This document shows positions 42,705 through 54,047 of a DNA stretch of 56,383 nt, piece by piece. This stretch comes from Batkoa obscura (taxonomy: Eukaryota). Numbering within the stretch: the stretch's first letter is position 1; every line of letters begins with the position of its first letter. The position numbers were made by a program, and so were the translations under genes. The notes below the pieces were generated by a model, which saw only the letters and a program-made list of their open reading frames with translations, had not been told where the DNA came from and did not search any database. The stretch spans positions 1 through 56,383 of the forward strand of contig JASVEC010000107.1 of assembly GCA_030770535.1 (NCBI GenBank), in the 5' to 3' direction.

Positions 42705-44811
42705 TGCCGTTAAAAAACATAAACTAATTCTAAAGATAGGTTTTAACTTAGCTTTTATGTTGAATTTGAAATCATGAATATTCTGTAATAAGAAAATGTT
42801 TAGAAGTTTCTAAAATATCCACTTTCTTTGAATCGAGATTTTTAGTATTTTTTAGTTAGATCGATCTTAGGTAACTTTAAATATTCTTCATAAACTAACG
42901 CAATACTCATTTTTTTTGCAATTATTCACATTTTTGACTAGTTCCTTAGTGAAAAAATCATAAAAGCCTTTATCCGATTTATAAATTTTAAACTAAAATC
43001 TGCACTTGAATGATTAAATTAAGTAACCAGGTTACATTCGATGAGTATACTAGTCAAGTTTAGACTTGAGCATAAAAATTATAGCTAGTAAACAAGCCAT
43101 GTATAGTATTTAGTATAAATATTTTCAATAATTTACTTGGCAAATGTACTCAAGTGGTCAAGTTTTAGGAATAGCTTTAAGCAGTTTTTATAAATCTTAA
43201 AAGTTATAAATTTCACAAACGTATTCTAGTGAGACTTAAAAACTCAAAGCTGGAGGTTTAACTATCTGTATTCCTCGGGTTATAGAAATTAATTTAATTT
43301 TAAACTAGTTATTAACATGTTATTTTTTTGTCTACTTAACTATTAATGATTGAGAAGATCCTCAAGGTTTATAAGAAATTAGTTTATGGGTTTTTTTAGA
43401 ATGAATGAATATTTGACCAATAAAAATCGATCAACTTTTAGAAAAACTAATGCATGCCAATGTACTAGTTTATTAAGAAAATGAATACTAAAACTATATG
43501 TTTAATGAACAGCGCTGTAATTAATAAGATAAAGAGAATTTGAAAGTGAAATACAGGTTTAGTTTAAATGTAACCTTAGTTATTCTGTCTCTATTTTTTG
43601 CGCATTTTAAAAATAGATAAAATTTAACCAAGGCTCAACTTTTCTCCGATTTTGCTTTATTGCAAAAAGTAATTTAGCATAAATGCTAAGAAAAGAAAGC
43701 AAATGTTTTCTACTGAAAGAATTGAGCAAGTATTTTTTATTTTACTCTTAAAGAATAGAAAAATAGCATAATAAAATACTTTCTCGTACTTTTTTCTTGT
43801 TTTTTCACTTTGTCCCATAGTTTTACATTTTTATGTACTAGATTTTTGTATAAGCTTGGTTCTTTTTCCGCTAAGCAATACTAGTTATCGATTGGGATAA
43901 TATTCTCTTTTAAACTTTCAATAAACTAATTTTATAGTAAGAAATGATAGCTACACATAAATATAGTTACATATTTAATCAAATCAGTGTTTTTTGTAAT
44001 TTGTTTAAAACTGATTATTTTGCGGTGCTTTTTGTTCCAATTATATACTCTTATTACTTTGTCTTTGGTCAAAAAAAGAACTGGTCTTTGGATAAATCTA
44101 AATCAGAACTAGGAAAAACCATTTTACGATTTGGTGGCTTTTAAACTCACTCAATTCATAGATTCATCTTTAGAATAGCCACTACTTTGCTAATTTTACA
44201 ATTAGCCATTAGAATAGCAATATATATAATCTTATCGTAGTATTATCTGGGCCTTCAAATATATACATTATTAAAATTAATAGTCATAGAACTATATAAA
44301 AACCACAATACAATTAAGTTCAAAAATACTAAGGTTTTAATATTTAATTTTATCTTATGATAAAATAAATATTGTCTTTTTTGAATTAATAGTACAGCAT
44401 TTAGAATGTCTATGCTTTTAGAATGCTAGATTACGTTAATAGTTAGTTATTTTATATGCTTATCACCTTTTATAAATAAACAAAAATCCCAAAATGTATA
44501 ATCAAATCTATAAATAAAAAATAGGGTAGGATACAAATATCATATTAATAGCTTTTTGACCTCAGATTTTATTAGGATTAATAATTTTCAGGTTATCTTT
44601 GTCAAAGGAATTTTTCATTTATGTAGCCATATGATGCTGATTAATATCGTGTATCCACTGTAAGAGTAGGGAATTACATTACATTAATATTAGATAAACT
44701 ATAAATATATCTGAGAATATATTTAAAAATAACTCTGGTTTATAATATTAAAATTTAAGTCCTTTTATTGTAACTCTAACTTCCATAAAAAGAAATTATC
44801 ATAGAACATAT

Positions 44812-44910
44812 GGGGCTGTTTTTTTTGGGTTCATTACTTTTTCTACTTTTTAAGCACTATTTGAGTGGAAAAATTGCTAACAAAATTCTTAAATACAAAA
44901 ATACATCCCC
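44812..44910 (-). mobile_element. MITE copy with perfect termini
   Basis: GGGGCTGTTTTT...AAAATACATCCCC; ATAT on both flanks; absent from the paralogous upstream region near 23860. Confidence 0.92.
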
Positions 44911-45298
44911 ATATGATTAATTCTTCCATTCTTTATTACATTTGTAAATTAAATAGAATGTTTGGTATTTTTATTGTGTGACAAAAAAATTATATTGAGT
45001 TAAAATTAGACAGAACTAATAATTTAAGAATTAAAACCATAACCTACTACTCCTTTACAATTAAGGTAAATAACGAAAGAGTAAAAGACATCCATGGTTT
45101 AAAAATAGATTACAGCTGTTTAGCTTTCTTGGTTATTCACTTATGTATCCCAATTCATGGCTGACCGTTTAACCTAAATTCAAATTTTGAAAATTAGAAG
45201 TAACAAAAATGTTATATAATATGTATTATATATATAACCCTAGAAGGTCAAAATTCAATAAATAAATAAATAAATAAATAAAATTACTCAAAATATTA

Positions 45299-46225
45299 AT
45301 GAGTTCTGACAAAGAAGCTCCAAATTTACAGACTATAATAAATTCAGGTACTAGAAAAGTACGTAAGGTTTTAACTTTAAGTGAAAGACAACAAGTTGCT
45401 GAGTTATATAAACAAGGGTACTCACATCAAGAATTAGCTGATCAATATCAAGTAGGACGTAGCACAATAACTAAATTGTTGTTAAGGCAAGAAAAGGTAA
45501 ATGAGAGTGGACTAGGTATAAACCAGATAAGGAAACAAAGATATTACCTTAGTTTAGAATATTTGGAAAAATTCATTATTAATCATTTTTGTGATAAAAC
45601 AACTATAAATGAAGAAGAGTACATTTATTTCAAAACCAATGTAACAATGGGTGAAGTTATGAATGAAGCACAGGAATTAGCTACTGAGTTAGGTATAAAA
45701 CAATTTAAAGCAACTAATCATTGGTTTAATAAATTTCGTAGAAGGCATTGTATTAAATTTCGCTATGGTACTACTTCCTATGCTGTAAATAATACCAATT
45801 CATTAAATAATGTTATAGAAAGTAATGTTTCACTAGGCTATGAGATCACATTAGAAAAGAAAAATTTTAATGAGCAATCAGTCTATCCTAATGATATCAA
45901 AACTGAAAATAGCATAAACAATATTAACGTTATAGACAACCATACGCCTTATAATATTTTAAATCAAAATAATTCAACAGAGTTTAGTATTAGTGACCCA
46001 AATGTAAATGCTAACCTATGGAGTTCTAATTCCTATATTACATATCCTATTCAATATACATCAGAGCCAAATACGACGTTTAGCCCTGCCTCTCTAATCG
46101 CGTTTTCTACCCAATATATAATGCAGCCGGTTACTGCATTTAGTTCTATCCCAGTTAATGCATTTTCTTTTGAATATACAACGCAGCCAAATAACACTAT
46201 TAACTATTTTAATAATATAGTTTAG
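45299..46225 (+). CDS. CENP-B/pogo-type double-HTH protein without DDE domain, copy 2 (intact, 308 aa)
   Basis: RKVLTLSERQQV..ELADQYQVGRSTITKLL; EAQELA..FKATNHWFNKFRRRHCI; clear paralog of 24241-25238. Confidence 0.85.
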   Translation: MSSDKEAPNLQTIINSGTRKVRKVLTLSERQQVAELYKQGYSHQELADQYQVGRSTITKLLLRQEKVNESGLGINQIRKQRYYLSLEYLEKFIINHFCDKTTINEEEYIYFKTNVTMGEVMNEAQELATELGIKQFKATNHWFNKFRRRHCIKFRYGTTSYAVNNTNSLNNVIESNVSLGYEITLEKKNFNEQSVYPNDIKTENSINNINVIDNHTPYNILNQNNSTEFSISDPNVNANLWSSNSYITYPIQYTSEPNTTFSPASLIAFSTQYIMQPVTAFSSIPVNAFSFEYTTQPNNTINYFNNIV

Positions 46226-46477
46226 TTTTTTGGGTATTTTTGAATTGATAATAAATAGAACATCACTATACGTTATGATAGAACCTATTCACTTAGTACT
46301 CCTATCTTAATAATTTACTTTTACACATATACTAACACTAATGTAAATATGAGATTCCTTTATTAAATTATTAAACATATTTTAGAGCGCTCTATATAAA
46401 AGCAGTCTTGATTAAATAAGTATATCAGCTTAAATATAACAAACAAATCAGTAAATACAACTTTTGACTAATCAATA

Positions 46478-46574
46478 CAGGATGTTTTTTTGGTTTCATC
46501 ACTTCTTCCATCTTTTGAGCACTATTTGAGTGGAAAAATTGTTAGTAAAACCTTAAACACAAAAGTACATCCCT
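46478..46574 (-). mobile_element. MITE copy
   Basis: GGATGTTTTTTTGGTTTCATC...GAGCACTATTTGAGTGGAAAAATTGTTAGTAAAA...ACATCCCT; TSD unclear. Confidence 0.82.
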
Positions 46575-47133
46575 ATGTATTTAGCTAATATTTTGAAATT
46601 ATTATTATTACTATATTTTTTATCTAAAGAAATTCAAATGACTTTCTTTTGGCTCAAATATACAATATACTAGTACAAATATAAGAGTTAAAAAATGTAA
46701 GATAATCTGAACCTGTATAATAAATATAAAAAAAGCTTTTTACTTAATTCCAACAGCTGAGTATATTCACATGTTAATATATTCATATTGAATATAATTC
46801 ATAATGATTTTTTTTAATAGAATTCGTTTTGGATTTTAAAATTAATCACATTTAAAGATTAAATTTTTTTTAAAACTTAATGTCTCAACATTTAATATAT
46901 AATTAACTTTTTTGACTTTTGAAAATAAACCAAAATAATCAAGACTATTGACTATTAAAGCCTAATAAAATAACATATCTAATGTTTTATGTAGTCTAAG
47001 ATATTAAATAAGATATATAATTTTCTTTATTTTGATATTTTGTCCATTTTCTGAACGATTTATTTTAAAATCTAGTAATTCCCTTAAATAAATAAAATGC
47101 TCATTTTTAAGTGGGGTCTCTAAAATGATATAT

Positions 47134-47226
47134 GGACAAGTCTTACTTATTTAAAAATTTACTAACTTTTTCCGCTCAATAGCGCTACGAAAGAGACAAA
47201 ATAGTGAAAGTAGAAGAGAAGTCTCT
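47134..47226 (+). mobile_element. MITE copy, strongly diverged (first of a tandem pair)
   Basis: ATTTACTAACTTTTTCCGCTCAATAGCGCT core; ATAT on both flanks. Confidence 0.65.
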
Positions 47227-47230
47227 ATAT

Positions 47231-47322
47231 GTGAATATATTTTTCTGTTTAAGAATTTTACTAGCGATTTTTCCACTCAAATAGTGCTCAAAAAATGGAA
47301 AAAATGATGAAAAAACATTTCC
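47231..47322 (+). mobile_element. MITE copy (second of a tandem pair)
   Basis: TGTTTAAGAATTTTACTAG..TTTTCCACTCAAATAGTGCT..TGGAAAAAATGATGAA; ATAT on both flanks. Confidence 0.8.
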
Positions 47323-47872
47323 ATATATAATCCTTGCAATTCAAACTAATTATTATAGTATATGTATAAGGTATTTTTAATCTATATAGAAATGGATAAG
47401 GTAATATCATATTCTTAACAATATTAACGTTTCCTAGATGTCTAATCATACGAAAATAATAACTCAATATCACTCCCTTACCGTTTAAACAGTTAAAAGT
47501 TATACTATTGGCATAAGTTTTAGATGATTGTATAATTTTCATATGCCAGTAATGCAAACTAATTAGTTAATTTATGAATAATTATTGTTACTGATAAATT
47601 AGGTGGATCTGATATCCAAACGTGACTTGGATTTAATAAGATTAGCCAATAGTTTTAAAAACTTTGAATTGAATCGAAAAATATGAGTTTAAAAATCAAC
47701 ATTATAAAAATGTGAATTTTAAATCTTGATCAAATTAGTTTTCAACTTTAAGTTTATATATTTAAAAGTCAACAGTTATTATTATTATCTCCTTTAAAAA
47801 TATAGTATAAAATAAAGGTAATTCCAGTTGTTATTCTTTAATTTTTTATTTATTTACGTTTTGGAATTAGAA

Positions 47873-50162
47873 ATGGTCAACCAACCACAATCTCGTTTAA
47901 ATCAGATCAAATCACATGTATCTCCAAGTATTAATAAATGTTCAGCTCAATTGTCTCTTTATGAGTAAGTAGCTACTTTTATATCTAAACCGAATGACTA
48001 ACAAAGTAAAATAGCTCTAAATCTTCACTACAAGAGGAACGAGCAAATCCTTCATTTCCAGTTTTGGAATTAACTCATTTTTTAAATGGAGGCGAACATA
48101 TCACTGAGGTAAGAAAGTTTTCAATTCGAGTTCTTAATTTAATATTGTGTTTAGCTTAAAGAAAAAATCATGTTACAACTTGAAAGAGATCCAGCATGGA
48201 AATTGTCGGATCAGCCAAACCTCTCACTTGAACAAATTCGTGAGCGTACACTTGACAAGGCTCGCTCGATTATATCTTACTTGGCCGCAGAACCTTTAAA
48301 AAACTTCAAATTACGTATGGAAGTAATTTCATATACTGACCCTGCCTTTTACACCCGCTTTGGAGTCCATTCTGGTTTATTCCTTGGTGCAATCCAAGGC
48401 CAAGCCACCCCTAATCAATTACAATATTGGATCAAGAAGGGTGCTATTACCCTTAATGGTGTAACTGGGTGTTTCGCTATGACAGAATTAGGCCATGGCT
48501 CCAATGTAGCTGCATTAGAAACCACTGCAACTTTTGACGAGTCCTCAGACGAATTTATTATTCATACTCCAACTTTAACTGCTACTAAATGGTGGATTGG
48601 TGGGGCTGCTCAAACTGCTACTCATAGTGCAGTTTATGCTCAACTTATAGTTAAAGGTAAACGTCACGGTGTAAAAACATTTATTGTACCATTACGTGAC
48701 TCTAAAGATTTCAAGCTTCGTCCAGGAGTAAATATTGGTGATTGTGGAAAAAAGATGGGTAGAGACGGTATTGATAATGGTTACATCCAATTTACTCACG
48801 TAAGGATTCCACGACAATATATGCTTATGAAACATACCCAAGTAACTCGTACTGGAGAAGTGCGTGATCCACCTTTAGCTCAGCTTGCTTATGGAGCACT
48901 TATTTCTGGTCGTGTTTCTATGGTTATTGATTCAGCCACTTTTGCTAGCAAAGCTCTTACTATTGCTATAAGGTATGGTGCCATACGTCGCCAATTTTCT
49001 TCTAAACCTGGAACCCCAGAAACCAAACTTTTAGATTACCCAATTCATCAACATCGTTTATTCCCACTTCTTGCATTAACATTCGCTTTACATTTCACTG
49101 GAAGAGCTGTTGCTGCTTCTCATGCTGATCTTATGAGGCGCATGGATTCCTTAACACCAGAATCAAAAGATCTCCCAGAAGTATTAGATTCTTTGAAAGA
49201 AGTGCATTCAACTTCAGCTGGCCTTAAAGCATTTGGAACATGGAATGCACTCAATTTAATTGAAGAATGCCGCCAAACTCTCGGAGGTCATGGTTACTCC
49301 GCTTACACCGGGTTGGCTAATATGTATCAAGATTTTGCTATCCAATGTACTTGGGAAGGTGATAATACAATTCTAACCCTTCAACTTGGTCGTTATTTAA
49401 TTTCTTCTTACCTCCAATATAAGAAGAAAGGTGGTAGTCTTGCTGCTGGTATTTCTTACTTCAATCTAATTAAGGATGGTAAACTTTCTAAAGTTGCTAA
49501 ACCAGACAATGATCCTTTCTCGATTGAAAACATGGTAAAGGCATGGGATATAGTTTCAGCTTCAGCCGTTTTAAATGCTGTTAAAGTTTTTGAAGCTGCA
49601 CGTGCATCTGGTCTTAGCACTGAGCAGGCATATGAGAAAGCTTGTAAGTATTTTCTATAGTTTATTTGATTTAATTACTAAAAGATTTATAGCTGTTGAG
49701 AGATTAAAGGCTGCTAAACTTCATTGCCAAGCCTTCACTTTGAAGAAATTTGCTGAAGGTTTAACTAGGGCCCCACTTTCCCTTCAAGATATAATGACTC
49801 GACTTTGCCAACTTCATGGATGTCATATTACTCATGAAAACTCGGGCCATTTATTATCTACTGGATACTTTAATGGAGAGGATATTCAACAACTTTCCTT
49901 AAAAGTCACTGAATTGATGGAACAAATTCGCCCACAAGCAGTTAATTTAGTTGATGGTTTTGGATTTAGTGATTATGTTATCAACTCACCATTTGGTCGC
50001 TACGATGGGGACATCTATCAAGCTTACTTCGATCTTGTTAAACAAAATAATCCTCAAACTAAAAGACCAGCTTACTTTGAATCTACTATTCAACCCATTT
50101 TACAGGCTACCTATAATGTCGAAACAGACCTTGAATTAGAAATTGATGACGAGTCTAATTAG
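47873..50162 (+). CDS. POX1: Peroxisomal acyl-CoA oxidase, 4 exons
   Basis: GCFAMTELGHGSNV, KWWIGG, GRDGIDNG, CRQTLGGHGY, TWEGDN, FGRYDGDIY; ORF 49575-50162 contains the last exon. Confidence 0.95.
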
Positions 50163-50395
50163 AAAGTTAAATAAATGTATAAATATTGTTAGAATTAGAA
50201 TTAATGATTAATTGTAAATTTGAAGAGTTGAGGCTAAAATAACGTCTATAATATTTGACTTAGTTACTAAATATTTGGATAGTGGAAATACATAGACAGT
50301 TTAAAGGTAGTAATAGCTATAAACCCACAATTTCAAAATTAGTATAAAGAGGCGCGGCAGCATAAATATCTAATCGACTTGCAGTATTTGACTTT

Positions 50396-50518
50396 AAAAA
50401 GGGCCAAGGAGATCTATTCTCCTGAGTTTTCTAAACTCATAGAATCGACATCAAGATGATTTTGTTGGCGTAATTTTTTGAAATAAGACTGTCCTTGGCT
50501 TTTTAGCTGGAAAGTCTT
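50396..50518 (+). ncRNA. U11: U11 snRNA (minor spliceosome)
   Basis: 5' AAAAAGGGC; closing helix GCCAA/TTGGC; SL1 GGAGA/TCTCC; SL2 TGAGTTT/AAACTCA; SL3 GAATCGACATCAAGATGATTT (U11 signature); Sm site AATTTTTTG at 50472-50480; 3' stem-loop AAGACT/AGTCTT. Confidence 0.92.
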
Positions 50519-50712
50519 TACTAAATACAATAATAAACACTTGAAAAATAATATTTTTTGATATGATGGTTAAATTTTTATCAATTTATTAATGATGATA
50601 TTGAATTCTCTAAAGTTATATCTCAATACATAAAAATGTTTTATCTTAAAATTGCGAATAGTTATAAAGGGCAGCAAAAATACGAACAACTTTCTTTAAT
50701 TTTAATACCAGC

Positions 50713-51875
50713 ATGGAAGATAACAACCATACAATATTAAGCTTAGAAGAATTGGAAAAAAAGCACAAAGCAGAGAAAGAAGCATTAGGTAAAAAAGTTG
50801 AGCAATTAAAAAAGCCATTAAAAGGAAAGAGTAAGAAGATTGATAAGAAACAAGAGAAAGCAATTCAAAATAAAGTCGATTTGTTGATTAAAGATTTAGA
50901 AATTAAACATGAGCAGGAATTTTATGAATTGAATTTAGTGCTTTTAGAATCTGAAAAGAAAAATGAAGTAGAAATAAATCAGGTTAGAGGCCTTTTATTG
51001 TATAATTATTTACTAATTTAAATAGGAAAAAGAAGAGGAAATAAAAGGAATCGGAGTAGAAGATAAAGAGGATGAAAAAGAAATTACAAAACCAAAACGA
51101 AATCGACAAAAAGAAAGAAAAGTAAGACCTATAATTATAATATATTATAGCTAAAAACAATAGGAACGTAAAGAAGCAGAGCTTTTAAAACAAATCGAGG
51201 AAGCAGAACAGGAGGCGCTTAACCAGCCTGATTTAAAAGCTAAGGAGGAAGAGGAAATCGAGGCTATAATTCAACCATTAGGATTGAAAGTATCTCAAAT
51301 CAAACCTGATGGGCATTGCCTTTTCAATGCCATTTCTGATCAATTAGAACTACGTCACAATAAGCAAGTAATATATATATCAATTACTAAAGTTTTTTTA
51401 ATAAAAATGTACAGTATAACTATAAAGAATTAAGGTCGTTAGCTGCTAAATTTATTCGTGAAAATAAGGATGACTTTTTACCGTATATCCCATTCACAGA
51501 TGAAGACCTTGAAAGTAATTTTATCACTTTTTTTTGCATTTAATTTATTATCTATTAGTTACATTCTCGAAATATTGTAGTGATATTGAGAAGACTGCTA
51601 TTTGGGGTGGCGAGTTAGAAGTAACAGTTATTTTTGTTTTTATCTATATTATTTATTTATTTAGATACTTGCGATTGCAAAAAGTTTAAAGATTCCTATT
51701 AAAGTTTACCAGGCGAACCAAGCTCCACTTACTATTGGACCAGAGGGTGAGAATACTAATGATGCTCTACTATTAAGGTATTTGTTTAAATCTAAAATAA
51801 GATTGACTCTAATTATTTAGCTATCATACACATTACTATTCACTTGGTGCGCATTATAATTCATTAAGATCATAA
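50713..51875 (+). CDS. OTU2: OTU deubiquitinase (OTUD6B/Otu2-like), multi-exon
   Basis: KPKRNRQKERK, IKPDGHCLFNAI, WGGELE, SYHTHYYSLGAHYNSL. Confidence 0.9.
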
Positions 51876-52056
51876 ATAAAATGAAATTTAGTTTTATGAT
51901 AATAAAAAAACTTATTTTTATTATATAAAATAGGGGATATCTAATTTGTGAAATAACTACAAATACATAAATACATTTCAGTTATGTTTTGATAAAATTT
52001 CGAGCTACTCTATCTTTACACTTTTAAGCATTTAACCTAGTAGATGAGCTTGGTAG

Positions 52057-52239
52057 TTAGGATATATATGGCATAAAATCGGATCTATTCTCCAAATTCG
52101 TTGTTTCTAAAACATAAATAAGTTCGGAAATGCCTTCAGTATCTTCTTTTTCGTCACTGAATTTGTATTCATTGTCTAAATACATTACTTCATTGCTCCT
52201 CTTTTCCTTATTTTTATTTTCCTTATTCTGTTCTTCCAT
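52057..52239 (-). CDS. Putative 60-aa acidic microprotein
   Basis: ATG-initiated ORF with coding-like composition; CCAAT box ~85 bp upstream; ends MPYIS. Confidence 0.4.
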   Translation of the reverse strand: MEEQNKENKNKEKRSNEVMYLDNEYKFSDEKEDTEGISELIYVLETTNLENRSDFMPYIS

Positions 52240-53952
52240 TTCAAACCTTTAATTTTGGACGGTTAAACTTGATTTGTTTTTCAATTAAGATTTGAGTTTA
52301 GTTAGCCGATTTAATCATTTGATTGGCACTTTTTTATCTACTCCAATTTCATTTATTTTGATTAACTTATTGTTTTATAAAGTATCAAATATCAATACTG
52401 GTTTTATTAAGGTATGACTACCAAAAGTATAAATAGCGATTTAATTATTGTTATTAAAAAGATTAAGATTAATACAAAAATTTAATACAAAAAATATTTA
52501 TTTTTGCCTTAAAATTGAAAATTTTCTCCAGACCCCACTTAGTCCTCTTCTTAAAGTGGATGTCTCTTATTAAAAGAGAAAGGAACCACTTGCTTGTCGT
52601 CGCTTTCAAGCCCTATAAAGGAATATCGATCTTGACTTCCTTAAATTTCTCCCGGACGTCCTCAAATTCTATTCTTTTGCTGAATTGAACTAAACTTTCT
52701 TGTTTTCAAAATAGATTCACTGTTTTTGTTCAAGGATAAGTGCATTTAAAAAACTCAAGTTTTCGATAAACAAAAAGCCAAACTTTAATGTATATATATA
52801 GTCATCCAATAGCAAATAAGTAAAGTCAAGCATCTAAGCATAGTAAAATCAATTAGTAGTTTTTAATTTTTATTACCATTATTTACACAGACCTATCATA
52901 TTTAATGTTATATTTAGACAGGAAATTTACTCAATTGATGATAGCTTTTAAACAGAATAAACTACGTTATTCCATCAAAGGCATCAATTAATAAAGCTAA
53001 CTTAGTATATAAAATATACCGAAACTGTTTAAATTAAACATTTGAGACATTTCAGCATTGACAATATATGCATATATAAAATTACTCCATTAAAAATAAA
53101 TTAATTATATGCCTAATTTAGAAGAGTCGAAGTTGTTAAATAAATGATGTAGAATTTGCTGGATATCTAGTTTGAAGTATCTAGAGCTTAACAAAATAAA
53201 ATTGGGGAGTAACGCTATAAACAATGAATGTTTTTTAAAGCTAACTAGCCTTTCAATCAATAGTCATATTGTTGTTACTCCAATTAATTTATTCGATATT
53301 TAGTTCACCAAATCTAAATATATCTTATATTGCAACTATACTCGATAGCAATATGAGATTACTTATTGTTATATCTTAAAAGCTTTTAAAAGCAGTAGAC
53401 TATTTGTTGTTAAAAGAACTATATCCAATTAAAGTAAGCCTTTGATTAAAATAAGTTTAGAAAGGTCGAATATAAGTTACATGAATATTCACTTCTTATA
53501 AAGATCAGACAAAAATTTGAAACAGTTCCTGTTTCTCACTCTCATTTCAATCTTATAAGTTCCTCACTGTTCTTATTGCCTAAATCAAAAATGAATTCCT
53601 TTAATGATGTGTATTATCTAAATCAGCTCAGATAAGTAAAAACTAATAACCTTTGTAGCTTTGATAGTTGTGGTGAATATATTTTAAGTAGCTTTAATGA
53701 AGATATATTATGCTGTCATATAATGCTAAGATTCGTAACTAATATATATGGTCATTGAAGTTAAAATATTACTTACTCAATCCATTATTCGATGCTCAAT
53801 CATGTTTATTTTATTATGATCAATATTATTATTGAAGAATGTGATGAACAATTTACTATCTTTCTATCATTAATAATATCTTCTATAAATTAATAACAAT
53901 TTCTTGTTATTTTAAATATTCAACTACAACGGTTTTAAATAAAGGTGAATAT

Positions 53953-54047
53953 GAATGTGGGTATTTTTGTGTTTAAGAATTTTACTAACAAATTTTCCAC
54001 TCAAATAATGCTTAAAAATGAAAAAAGTGAAGTCAAAAAACACCCTG
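53953..54047 (+). mobile_element. MITE copy
   Basis: GTATTTTTGTGTTTAAGAATTTTACTAAC...TGAAGTCAAAAAACACCCTG; ATAT on both flanks. Confidence 0.82.

Noticed and set aside
43944..47557. Short ORFs 43944-44144 and 47288-47557
   Set aside because: Composition matches AT-rich intergenic DNA; the second runs into a MITE
47108..52541. Inverted 12-mer TAAGTGGGGTCT / AGACCCCACTTA as ends of a large element
   Set aside because: Short match, no TSD, and it would enclose ordinary housekeeping genes; compatible with chance
52525..52690. GC-richer stretch considered as an ncRNA or retroelement fragment
   Set aside because: No snRNA, RNase P/MRP or tRNA signature; minus-strand translation has stops and no convincing domain
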